Shown: one piece after another, positions 8,469-17,868 of the stretch
How positions within the stretch are numbered: position 1 is the stretch's first letter
How the letters are laid out: every line of letters begins with the position of its first letter
Virus record (IMG/VR): IMGVR_UViG_3300007551_000005
Coordinates: 1-40,561 of that record
Strand: one strand, 5' to 3'
Length of the DNA stretch: 40,561 nt
Origin: a virus
Taxonomy: Duplodnaviria > Caudoviricetes
Program-made: the position numbers and the translations under genes
The notes under the pieces: model-generated
Told to the model about the DNA's origin: nothing
What the model saw: the letters and a program-made list of their open reading frames with translations, nothing else
The model's database searches: none

Positions 8469-10613
8469 ATGCCATTTAAAATTTCAGAACTTACTCCCAG
8501 TCTCTCAATCACAGCCAATGATCTTATACAGATTATTGATGTTGATGACGGCACCATGGGAGCCAGCGGCACAAACAGAAGCGTGACAGCCGGAGTTGCG
8601 GCAAACGAAATTGCCGATCTTATTACAAGCGTGCCGTCTATTGTAGCGACAGCCTTATCCACAAAGGCAGATATCAACGGCCCTACTTTTTTAGGAACTG
8701 TCACTCTTCCAACCACGACTTCTATTGGGCCTGTAAACAGCGCTGAAATTGGACGCCTCAGTGGAGTTACAAGCAATATCCAAACACAATTAAATAGCAA
8801 ATTATCTACATCAAGTCCAAGTTTTAGTAATACTGCGGTATTTTCAAATTCTTCTGCCAATTCACTAACAGTTGGGGCGCTACACTGCAATGCCACTGGT
8901 GGCGCAATACTCATTGATGACGGCGGTCATAAACGAATCTCATGGAACGACGGAGACGGCAACCTTAACATTCGTTCCGGACACTATAGAACTTCAACTG
9001 CTACCGTCTTTGCAAAAGCACCAGGAGACTCTAACGGCGGCGCCGCGAGAATAACAATGAACACCGACACTGCTGATGGTACAATTACAATAAGTACAGC
9101 AGCAGTTGGAACTCCGGGCACGGCCGTGACATGGGCAAACAACTTTGTGTTGACAAAAGACGCTGCCTATACCGATAAAAAGTTTGGAATAGGAACTAGC
9201 ACAGCCCCAACTGCATTTTTACAAATTGATGGTGGTAGCCAAGGGGCATGCACGCCAATCGGTGGTGGTATTGAGGGTCTGTTATGTCCAATAACTGCTG
9301 ACATTGAACTTTGTAAATTTACTACAACAAATTCAAATGCCTCAAATTTAATAATTGATGTCAGACGGCATTCAGCTGGTACAACTTGGACAAGTTCGAG
9401 TACGCGTATACGTCATGTAACAGACGTCACTGCACAGGGTTATATTGAATTTAATCCAAAAGATGTTCCTCATGGTTTGGCTCTTGGCTCCGGATCTACT
9501 GCAGCGATCGTAATAAAGAGTGACGGCAAAGTTGGTATTGGCAAAAGCAATCCTGCTACTGCACTCGACGTAAACGGCACAGTTACCGCAACATCTTTTA
9601 GCGGATCGTTTGACGGAAGTATTACTGGAAACTCAGCCACCTCTACACTCGCTGGCAAGGCGAGTACGCTTGCATCTGGCGGAGCAAATGGCAGCGGAAT
9701 GACATTCAATTGGGTTGGTAAGGGCGGAACGCCAGCTTGGTTATGGGGTGGCGACAATATCTCTAATATGTACGTCTATACTCCAGGCAACCTTAGCGTT
9801 GGCTATGCTGCTAGTGCTGGAAGTGCATCTACGGCAAACTCGTTAACTGGTCTGTATAGTTTAAAAAGTGGCGCTTTAGATATGCGAAGCACATGGGATA
9901 ATCGTGGAACAGTATCATGGACCAGAGTTTTAAGTGGAAGCTATTATAATTACACATTAAATTATTCAGCTAGTAATGCCACACTAAAATCTGCGTGTGA
10001 AAAAATAGAAGTTGACCATTGGGTACCTGTATATATACCAAACTTTTTATACAGCGGCGCATATAAAGTTATATCAAATGATGTTGTAAATAAAACATTA
10101 ACATTTAGGGTTAAACACACAAGTTTATTAACTGGTTGGACTACTCCAAATGTTGGAACTGGTAACAGCGGCACCAATTTAACGCCATTTGGTATAGTTG
10201 CAGATCCATGGAATAGATTTATAGTAATGCATTCTACATTGGTCTCTGATACAGCAAATGCTGGCTTTCTTCGGTCAGATGATGATGGCATGTTGTGCTT
10301 TATAAATTTAAAAACTGGGTATCAATTGCCAGGTGCCGAAAAATCGCGCTTAACGATTGCGTCACACTATGGAGATTATGCCACTAATGTATATTATACT
10401 GGACTTTTGCCAACAACAAACCGGCAATTAGATTATTTTAATGGAAGCACCAATCGTTCTAGGGGAGATTCAGAATGGTTTAATTTAGTCTATACAAGTG
10501 CAAATTCAGATGATAATTATGTTTTTACTAATAAAACTATACCGATCGGTATTAGTACGGCTCCTCGATATACTCATTTTGAAATTGAATATATTACTGT
10601 TCCATATCCATAA
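8469..10613 (+). CDS. Tail fibre protein (KISEL N-terminus) with divergent C-terminal tip
   Basis: Shares N-terminal and shaft modules with the two upstream genes, and carries GKVGIGKSNPATALDVNG beta-repeat motifs. Confidence 0.75.
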   Translation: MPFKISELTPSLSITANDLIQIIDVDDGTMGASGTNRSVTAGVAANEIADLITSVPSIVATALSTKADINGPTFLGTVTLPTTTSIGPVNSAEIGRLSGVTSNIQTQLNSKLSTSSPSFSNTAVFSNSSANSLTVGALHCNATGGAILIDDGGHKRISWNDGDGNLNIRSGHYRTSTATVFAKAPGDSNGGAARITMNTDTADGTITISTAAVGTPGTAVTWANNFVLTKDAAYTDKKFGIGTSTAPTAFLQIDGGSQGACTPIGGGIEGLLCPITADIELCKFTTTNSNASNLIIDVRRHSAGTTWTSSSTRIRHVTDVTAQGYIEFNPKDVPHGLALGSGSTAAIVIKSDGKVGIGKSNPATALDVNGTVTATSFSGSFDGSITGNSATSTLAGKASTLASGGANGSGMTFNWVGKGGTPAWLWGGDNISNMYVYTPGNLSVGYAASAGSASTANSLTGLYSLKSGALDMRSTWDNRGTVSWTRVLSGSYYNYTLNYSASNATLKSACEKIEVDHWVPVYIPNFLYSGAYKVISNDVVNKTLTFRVKHTSLLTGWTTPNVGTGNSGTNLTPFGIVADPWNRFIVMHSTLVSDTANAGFLRSDDDGMLCFINLKTGYQLPGAEKSRLTIASHYGDYATNVYYTGLLPTTNRQLDYFNGSTNRSRGDSEWFNLVYTSANSDDNYVFTNKTIPIGISTAPRYTHFEIEYITVPYP

Positions 10614-10637
10614 TTGATATATTCTGATAGATATAAC

Positions 10638-10666
10638 ATAATAAAATGTTTAACTGTTTAGGTCAA
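10638..10666 (-). promoter_or_regulatory. Possible sigma70-type promoter on the minus strand
   Basis: Reverse complement reads TTGACC-17 nt-TATTAT in the AT-rich intergenic gap. Confidence 0.35.
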
Positions 10667-10673
10667 AAAACTT

Positions 10674-10681
10674 TATAAATA
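10674..10681 (+). promoter_or_regulatory. T4-type late promoter TATAAATA
   Basis: Exact consensus upstream of gp8. Confidence 0.8.
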
Positions 10682-10699
10682 CATTAAATAAAACACAAT

Positions 10700-12088
10700 A
10701 TGGCAGCAATCGTAACAGACTCTTTTCGTAGAAACAACGCAAAATTCTTTTTACAAGATATAGCATCTAATAGTACAAACTATTATGTCGGTCTTGGAAA
10801 ATCTAACAAGTGGACGCTTGACGAAGAGTCGTTGCTACCAGGAGACATTCCAGTTTCTCTCGGAATTGAAGGAGAAAACACTGAAATAAAATCAAACCTC
10901 GTCACGTTACTTAAGATTAACTCTACAAACGCAGAACGCGTAATTCCACATATAAAGTGGAAAGCTGGAGCGCACTATAAAGCATATAGTCCGTATGACC
11001 CTGACTGCTTTTATCCGAGCGTTCTTGAGGGAGAAGTTGAAATTAACCCATGCTACGCAGTCGTAAGTGGCCGCATCTATCTTTGCTTGCAAGCCGGTCA
11101 AGAAGGCACAGCTGGTATACCAGTAGCAACTGACTATCGCGCAACTACAGTTGGCGGCGACGGCTACGTTTGGATACTAATTGATAATATATCAACCGCG
11201 CTGTCAAAGTTAATTACCGACCAGTTTATTAACATAACTTCTGGTACTGCATCGGCCGCAGTTGCTCCAACTATTCAGGCTGACGGCGGCGGGTTACTTT
11301 ATGGCTTTAGCGTTCTGTCTCCTGGTGATGGTTATGGCTCTTTAAATACAGTTACATTTGTAGCGCGCTACTCAAACGGCACTACCGCCGAAATTGATTG
11401 TCCTGTGGTAACGGATCCAGACACTGGATTGTTAAAAAACGTGCTGTTGCCAGCAAACTGGTCATACACTGCCACCACGTCAAAGCTTATAGTCGATGGC
11501 TATTTCAAAATAGCTTCAACCGGCAGCGGTGCAGTTATAGTTCCGCATATCGCTCCGCTTCGCGGATTTGCTTATGAGCCAACAATAACGTTGCCGTCAT
11601 GGTTTGTTGGAATTGCGGTCGACGCAGCAGATGATATTTCTAGTGACGGCTTTTATGTTCCGTATCGTCAAATTTCAGTTATAAAAGACGTTCAGTATAG
11701 CGAAGGCGCCAGTCCAGACACTTTAGGAGCGGCACGTTACCTCACACTAAACTCCGCTCCAAATTCAGGAATCGCAATTGGTGACATCCTAACAATAACT
11801 AGCGGCGAGAGCCGTGTGAATGCATACGCTGACTCATACAAAGCAATTGATGTTGAAGGCACAATTTTTCATCGCCTGTATTTCCATCAAAACTCTGTAA
11901 CTGGGTATGGAATCATTCCAAACACTGGAACCGTGACTGATTCAAAGGGGACGTCAGTAGCATACAGCGCAGTAAATGACAACGAATATATACCTCGTAC
12001 GGGTACAGTAATATTTACAGAAAATCGTAAACCAATCAACCGTCAAAGCGGTCAAACTGAAGAAATTAAGATTATTATACAATTCTAA
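10700..12088 (+). CDS. gp8: Baseplate wedge subunit gp8
   Basis: MAAIVTDSFRRNNA...YYVGLG, DGYVW, YRQISVIKD, and the ending GTVIFTENRKPINRQSGQTEEIKIIIQF are typical of gp8. Confidence 0.9.
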   Translation: MAAIVTDSFRRNNAKFFLQDIASNSTNYYVGLGKSNKWTLDEESLLPGDIPVSLGIEGENTEIKSNLVTLLKINSTNAERVIPHIKWKAGAHYKAYSPYDPDCFYPSVLEGEVEINPCYAVVSGRIYLCLQAGQEGTAGIPVATDYRATTVGGDGYVWILIDNISTALSKLITDQFINITSGTASAAVAPTIQADGGGLLYGFSVLSPGDGYGSLNTVTFVARYSNGTTAEIDCPVVTDPDTGLLKNVLLPANWSYTATTSKLIVDGYFKIASTGSGAVIVPHIAPLRGFAYEPTITLPSWFVGIAVDAADDISSDGFYVPYRQISVIKDVQYSEGASPDTLGAARYLTLNSAPNSGIAIGDILTITSGESRVNAYADSYKAIDVEGTIFHRLYFHQNSVTGYGIIPNTGTVTDSKGTSVAYSAVNDNEYIPRTGTVIFTENRKPINRQSGQTEEIKIIIQF

Positions 12089-15000
12089 TGTCCATTACAT
12101 CATACAACACGACCTATCATGATGACTATATTTCATCTGGAAACAGCGATAAAAATTATCTTCGCGTACTATTTAAGCCTGGTTATAGTGTACAAGTAAG
12201 GGAATTAAATCAGTTACAGTCTGCGCTACAGGATCAAATAAATCGCTTAGGCAGCAGCGTATGGAAAGCCGATACTGCCGTAGTAGGCGGCGGCACTTCA
12301 TTTTTACCTGAACTATATTCATTAACGGTTGACCTTTCAACCGGTCAGTCTAACGTTGCCGGATCTAGTCTTACATACGATCAAATTGCTGCGTCTGCAA
12401 AATCTATTGCGTACGTCAGTAACGAGTTGCGTGGTGAAATTATTGGTTATCGTAAAGACGAGGGCACAAATTATGTGTTCTATTTTAAATATATAAACAG
12501 CGGTTCGGGCGGCGAAACTACTTTTGACGGAGAAATTCCTAACGGGTTTAAGCTTATACTGCGTTCAAGCGACTCTACGCTCTCTGAAAGCGAGTTGCCA
12601 GTAATAAATGGCCTTACCTATGTTAGCGACGGGTTTGCGTCGGGGCTCGTTTGTGAAGAAGGAGTGTTTTATACAAAGGGATCTTTTGTTGCTGTGCCGC
12701 GTCAAACATATTTTATCGACAAAGCTGAGCTTGATACCCCGCTTACTGGCTATGCGGTATTAAAAATTGACGAAGAGATTATATCATATTTTGACGACCT
12801 TAGCCTGCTCGACAACGCGAACGGCACGCCAAACTACAGCGCGCCCGGCGCTGACCGATACACGATTGATCTTACACTAAATTGGATTTCAAGCGAAGAC
12901 TATGCAGACAGCACAAATTCTTATATAAAGTTACTCGTAATAAATGCTTCACGGCCGCTTGAAATTGTTGAAACTGCAGAGTATGCCGAAATAATTGATA
13001 TACTTGCAAAACGCACAAGCGAAGAGTCTGGAAACTACACGGTAAATCCATTCACAATCGGCACCCGCGAAACTTTCGACGGTGACAACTTGCCGGCTGA
13101 CTGCATTGTAGTTGGTCGTCGCTATCGCATTCAAGATCTTGGCAGCACAATCGCACCGCTTACTGATTGGGTAGGTTTAGGAGCAACTTCGCCTGCAATT
13201 ATAGGTTCTGAATTTGTTGCTGTTAAACCTCCTGGAGACGGCACCGGAGACACTGCACGCGTAAACGGCGGTCGAGTAAGTGAACTTGCCTATATTCATG
13301 GCTCGTATCGTGCAGACGAATTGGATCAGATTGGATATGACCTTTCTACGACACTGAAGAAACGCGAAGCAATCGAGAGTGCGCGAGACCAATATACGGT
13401 TACGCTTGATCCTTCTGTCGCATACGTTGACGGCTATCGCGTAGCGCTTGATAAAAGCTTAAACCTTACCTCTAAAAAGGCACGCGAGCAGGCAGAAGTT
13501 CGCATAAACACGAGTGCAAATATCGGCAGTTATTTTATTGGAAATATACAAAAGGCGAATACTACTAATTCAACATTTCCGTCAATATCAACTGTAAACA
13601 ACCTGTATAACCTCTATGCATACGCCAACGGCGCACCCGATAATAGCACCTCAGGCGGAGAGATTATAGGTACATGCCGCATACGCGCGTTTGAGCCTAC
13701 CGGCGGAGGCAGCTCTCAGTTTCGTTGCTTTGTCCATGACATAGTTTTTAATAATGGTACTCCTAGCGGTGATTGGGCTATTAGACGATTTGATAACGTT
13801 GACCAGATTGTTGGTTCAAATTTTATGTTTAACGTTACAAGCGGCGCGCTGCTAGAAAGCACCGCTAATACTGCACTTTTTCAACTGCCATATCCTCGCG
13901 CGACTGCTATGCGCGAAATAACATTTTATGCTCAGAGACAATTTACTGGACCTGCAAACGGAACAATTATTCTCTCAGTAGACGGCGGTCGCGTCTTTAC
14001 AGACACGAGCAACGTATCGCTAATTGTAAACGGCGACATAAAGGTTCAGGGCACTCATTATACCGCAGCAATGTCGAGTGACGCGTTGACTTTAACACTA
14101 ACCCCAATAAGCAACAACTGGACAACGGGTTCTTACTCTGCTCTCGTAAAAATTGCTGTAGGCAACGCTGGAAGCATCGCACGCGTTACGAAAAGTCGCG
14201 CTATTGCAGAGGATCTTGCTATTACTCCTGCTTCTGGCGGCGCAAATAAAATATACACCCTTAAAAATACTGATATTATACGTATAACAGAGGTAAAGAC
14301 TGTATCAGGAAAAATTATTACTGACCTCTTTACACTCATTGACGACGGCCAGCGTGATACAACCTATACAAATGGAAGAGTTCAATACACTGGCGGCGCA
14401 ACAATAAGCGAAAACTTTTCTATTAAGTATGAACACTATGGTCGTATTGGTGGAGTCACTGGGCGTGACCTCGTAATGTATAACGTTGACTCGTATCGCC
14501 AAAATAATAACAGCGTCGGCACAGCATACGACGACATACCGTCATACAAAGGATTAAAACTTTCTGACGCGCTAGACTTTAGACAAGACATACTGTACAG
14601 CGTAACTGGCGGCGTAGTTGGCTCAGTAATAGCAAACGCAAATAAGAGTCAAGTTGATCCAAACACTCCAGTTTCGTCATACACTACATTCTACCTACCG
14701 CGTATCGACGCCGTCACAGTAAACTCAAGCAACGAGTTTACAATTATAAACGGCCTGTCTTCGCTGACTCCGATTGAACCAACCGTGCCTAAAAACGCGA
14801 TGACTCTATACACCTTAAACGTGCCGGCATATACACAAAACGTGTCCGACATAGTTAAGATCTATATTGATAATCGTCGCTACACGATGCGTGATATTGG
14901 AGCGATCGAGAAGCGCATTAGTAATATAGAATACTACACGTCTCTTTCACTTCTTGAGCGCTCTGCCGCTGAGAAACGCATATTTGACGAAGCTGGCGAG

Positions 15001-17628
15001 CGGTTTAAAAATGGCATACTTGTTGATAACTTTATTGGTCACGGCGTAGGTGACGTGTTTAATCCAGACTATAGTTGTTCAGTAGACAAGGATGCTGGTT
15101 TACTTCGTCCTCGATACAACACACACAACATTGACCTCGCGATTGATAGCGAACAAACAATAATATCAGGCAGCCAATTAAAACTAGTTGACGACAGCAA
15201 GATACGTGTGCATGACAGCATTATTACTTTAAATTACGAAGAGGTTGAACTTGTGTCTCACCTAAAGGCAACTGCTCATATTAGCGTACACCCTCACGTC
15301 TATGCAAAAATTAACGGACATATACGTCTGTCGCCTGCAGCAGACAACTGGAAAGACACTGTTACTCGTCCAGACCTTATTGTAACAGATGACAGCTCGT
15401 TTGACGCAATTAAGTTTATTGCTGAAGACCCGGCACTTGACATACTTGGTACAGACTGGAACAACTGGGAACGCGAGTGGGGCGGCTCTACGTCAACCAC
15501 AGCGCGCGGAACGTTTGTGTCTGGGCGTGGCATACCTACAACTACAACTACAGTAAGAAACTACACCGAGACTCGTACAGGCACAAACACTACTCTCGGT
15601 TTCTCATACGTTCCAAAAAGCATGGGGACAAACGTTGTAGACACTGCAATTATACCGTTTATTCGTTCACGAATCGTCTATTTCCACGCGACTGGCTTAA
15701 AGGCGTCTACGCAAGTCTATCCATTCTTTGAAGACAAAAATATATCGGCATACACAAATCAAGTAATTGGCAACGACAGCACTAAATTTATTGTGCCGTC
15801 GACAATAAATGATAATACAACGCGTATATTTAATAACTTATTATCGACAGATTTACCTACGCCTGAGAGTGGATATACTGCCTATGGCTCAGCACTTACA
15901 ACTGACGCCAGCGGAGAGCTATACGGTTCATTTATTATACCAAACAACAGCTCAATGCGTTTCCGCACTGGAGATCGTACGTTTAAACTAACTGACGACA
16001 TAAGAAACGCCTCATCCGAAACAACCTACGCGTTTTCAAAATATACAGCGAGTGGCATACTTGAAACTGTACAGGAGACTATACTTTCAACAAAGACACC
16101 ACAATTTACTGTAACCCCACTTGCTGATGCCCGCGCCGGCAGTGTTACGACAACAAGTACGGCATATCATGACCCACTTGCGCAGTCATTTGTAATTAGC
16201 AGTGATAGTTATAAAACTGGAGTATTTATAACTTCAATTGATATTTATTTTGCTCAAAAGGCACTTTTCCAACCAGTTGAAATCTATATCGTGACTATGG
16301 AAAATGGCGCTCCAACGCGGACAGTCGTTCCATACTCACGAGTTTTCCGTCGCCCAGACGAAGTCGCAGTTAGCGATAACGGCTCACTCCCAACAAACTT
16401 TAAGTTTAGCGACCCAGTTTTCTTAAAGAGTGACGAAGAATATTCCGTGATTGTGTCTTCAAACGATGGTGACTATCGCTGCTGGTACGCAATACTCGGT
16501 GAAACTGATATTATTTCTGGCAAGCGTATAGAAAAACAAGAGTATCTTGGAACATTCTTTACGAGTGCTAATGCCTATACGTGGACGCCACAACAAGAAC
16601 AAGATCTTAAATTCCGCATTAACCGCGCTCGCTTCTTTGACCCCGCAAACGCCTCATCTGCATCAGGAAATATTGCATTTAGAACAGAACTACACAGCGG
16701 AGTAGATGATATAATTATAAACAACCCAGGTGCTGACTATGGCTTGCCACCGACCATATCATTTATACCTGATAGGGGCACTCGAGCAGAAGCGGTAATA
16801 GACCCGCTTACTGGTGGTGTTTCTAAAGTAAGAATACTCAATCGCGGATCTGGCTATAACGTTGCGCCTACAGTAGTAGTCACTCCAGCAACAAACGACC
16901 CTAACGTCAATCCAACAACCATAGCAGGCCTTGTCTCTAAACTTGCTGAAGTTCCAGTGTCTATGTTTAATTTGCGTCAACCAAAATTAACATTTAACCG
17001 CACAGCAATAGACTATAGCATACAGTTTAGATCCGAAACTCCAGAAAGATTTGAACCGGCAACAAACAACTATTTGCCAAGCAGCTATGGCAACTTGAGC
17101 TCACATATATTGTCTTCAATACAACAGGAACTTCAATTTGGACCAAGAGCGCTAATAACAGCAAATCTAGTCACTGTTGATCCAGCAATATCTCCAATAA
17201 TTGATGTTGACGGCTCGTCTCTACTCACAGTTACAAACCTTATAAACGATGACAGCACTGACGAAGACTCCACTGGTGGAGGATCAGCAATTGCTCGGTA
17301 TATTACGCGCAAAGTTACGCTGAATAATGCCTCAGACGTTTTAAATGTTTTTATATCAACAAATCGCCCTACAGAACGTACTGATATTAAGGTGTATGTA
17401 AAGCTTGGATTTGATACATCTACGCCAGACGACCTCATTGAGTGGCAGGAATTAACGCCAAAAAATCCAGTGCCTATTAATAGCGATCCTAATAAATATA
17501 GTGAAAGCGAATATAAGATTGATCCTAACGATGACTTTATTTCTTTCCAAGTGAAAGTTGTGCTGCTGTCAGACAACATTTTTGATATTCCAACTGTTCG
17601 TGATTTTAGAGCAATCGCAACAATATAA
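12088..17628 (+). CDS. Large virion structural protein, VrlC/DUF4815-like
   Basis: YHDDY...YLRVLFKPGYSVQVRELNQLQS, APGADRY, RRYTMRDIGAIEKRI, RFKNGILVDNF, DPLAQSF, DLKFRINRARF, P.VRDFRAIA. It occupies the usual position after gp8. Confidence 0.88.
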   Translation: MSITSYNTTYHDDYISSGNSDKNYLRVLFKPGYSVQVRELNQLQSALQDQINRLGSSVWKADTAVVGGGTSFLPELYSLTVDLSTGQSNVAGSSLTYDQIAASAKSIAYVSNELRGEIIGYRKDEGTNYVFYFKYINSGSGGETTFDGEIPNGFKLILRSSDSTLSESELPVINGLTYVSDGFASGLVCEEGVFYTKGSFVAVPRQTYFIDKAELDTPLTGYAVLKIDEEIISYFDDLSLLDNANGTPNYSAPGADRYTIDLTLNWISSEDYADSTNSYIKLLVINASRPLEIVETAEYAEIIDILAKRTSEESGNYTVNPFTIGTRETFDGDNLPADCIVVGRRYRIQDLGSTIAPLTDWVGLGATSPAIIGSEFVAVKPPGDGTGDTARVNGGRVSELAYIHGSYRADELDQIGYDLSTTLKKREAIESARDQYTVTLDPSVAYVDGYRVALDKSLNLTSKKAREQAEVRINTSANIGSYFIGNIQKANTTNSTFPSISTVNNLYNLYAYANGAPDNSTSGGEIIGTCRIRAFEPTGGGSSQFRCFVHDIVFNNGTPSGDWAIRRFDNVDQIVGSNFMFNVTSGALLESTANTALFQLPYPRATAMREITFYAQRQFTGPANGTIILSVDGGRVFTDTSNVSLIVNGDIKVQGTHYTAAMSSDALTLTLTPISNNWTTGSYSALVKIAVGNAGSIARVTKSRAIAEDLAITPASGGANKIYTLKNTDIIRITEVKTVSGKIITDLFTLIDDGQRDTTYTNGRVQYTGGATISENFSIKYEHYGRIGGVTGRDLVMYNVDSYRQNNNSVGTAYDDIPSYKGLKLSDALDFRQDILYSVTGGVVGSVIANANKSQVDPNTPVSSYTTFYLPRIDAVTVNSSNEFTIINGLSSLTPIEPTVPKNAMTLYTLNVPAYTQNVSDIVKIYIDNRRYTMRDIGAIEKRISNIEYYTSLSLLERSAAEKRIFDEAGERFKNGILVDNFIGHGVGDVFNPDYSCSVDKDAGLLRPRYNTHNIDLAIDSEQTIISGSQLKLVDDSKIRVHDSIITLNYEEVELVSHLKATAHISVHPHVYAKINGHIRLSPAADNWKDTVTRPDLIVTDDSSFDAIKFIAEDPALDILGTDWNNWEREWGGSTSTTARGTFVSGRGIPTTTTTVRNYTETRTGTNTTLGFSYVPKSMGTNVVDTAIIPFIRSRIVYFHATGLKASTQVYPFFEDKNISAYTNQVIGNDSTKFIVPSTINDNTTRIFNNLLSTDLPTPESGYTAYGSALTTDASGELYGSFIIPNNSSMRFRTGDRTFKLTDDIRNASSETTYAFSKYTASGILETVQETILSTKTPQFTVTPLADARAGSVTTTSTAYHDPLAQSFVISSDSYKTGVFITSIDIYFAQKALFQPVEIYIVTMENGAPTRTVVPYSRVFRRPDEVAVSDNGSLPTNFKFSDPVFLKSDEEYSVIVSSNDGDYRCWYAILGETDIISGKRIEKQEYLGTFFTSANAYTWTPQQEQDLKFRINRARFFDPANASSASGNIAFRTELHSGVDDIIINNPGADYGLPPTISFIPDRGTRAEAVIDPLTGGVSKVRILNRGSGYNVAPTVVVTPATNDPNVNPTTIAGLVSKLAEVPVSMFNLRQPKLTFNRTAIDYSIQFRSETPERFEPATNNYLPSSYGNLSSHILSSIQQELQFGPRALITANLVTVDPAISPIIDVDGSSLLTVTNLINDDSTDEDSTGGGSAIARYITRKVTLNNASDVLNVFISTNRPTERTDIKVYVKLGFDTSTPDDLIEWQELTPKNPVPINSDPNKYSESEYKIDPNDDFISFQVKVVLLSDNIFDIPTVRDFRAIATI

Positions 17629-17632
17629 AGTT

Positions 17633-17863
17633 ATGGCAACTCCTAAAAAAATAAAAGTTGAAGACGCGCCTTCATTAGAGCGCGACTCTTTTTCAAACGC
17701 AATTCTAAATTCTGATACTGAGGCATATCGTGCGGTCATTAATCGTAAAAAACGAATGCGCAACCAAGAACGTCTAATTGCCGAACTACATAAAAAGGTT
17801 GAAGAGTTATTACAATGGAAAAGCGAAATAACCGAAATGTTACAAAAAAAAGAGAATAAATAA
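17633..17863 (+). CDS. Small coiled-coil protein commonly found after VrlC-like genes
   Basis: MATPKKIKVEDAPSLERDSFSNAILNSD followed by a heptad-like C-terminus. The ATG at 17633 is preferred over the overlapping 17558 start. Confidence 0.7.
   Translation: MATPKKIKVEDAPSLERDSFSNAILNSDTEAYRAVINRKKRMRNQERLIAELHKKVEELLQWKSEITEMLQKKENK
17855..17862 (+). promoter_or_regulatory. Late promoter variant AATAAATA
   Basis: 7/8 match ending 6 nt before ATG 17869, the same spacing as the exact copies. Confidence 0.55.
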
Positions 17864-17868
17864 AGATA

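Noticed and set aside
17558-17632. Upstream start for the small coiled-coil gene
   Set aside because: It overlaps the VrlC-like C-terminus, and the family-like sequence begins at ATG 17633.
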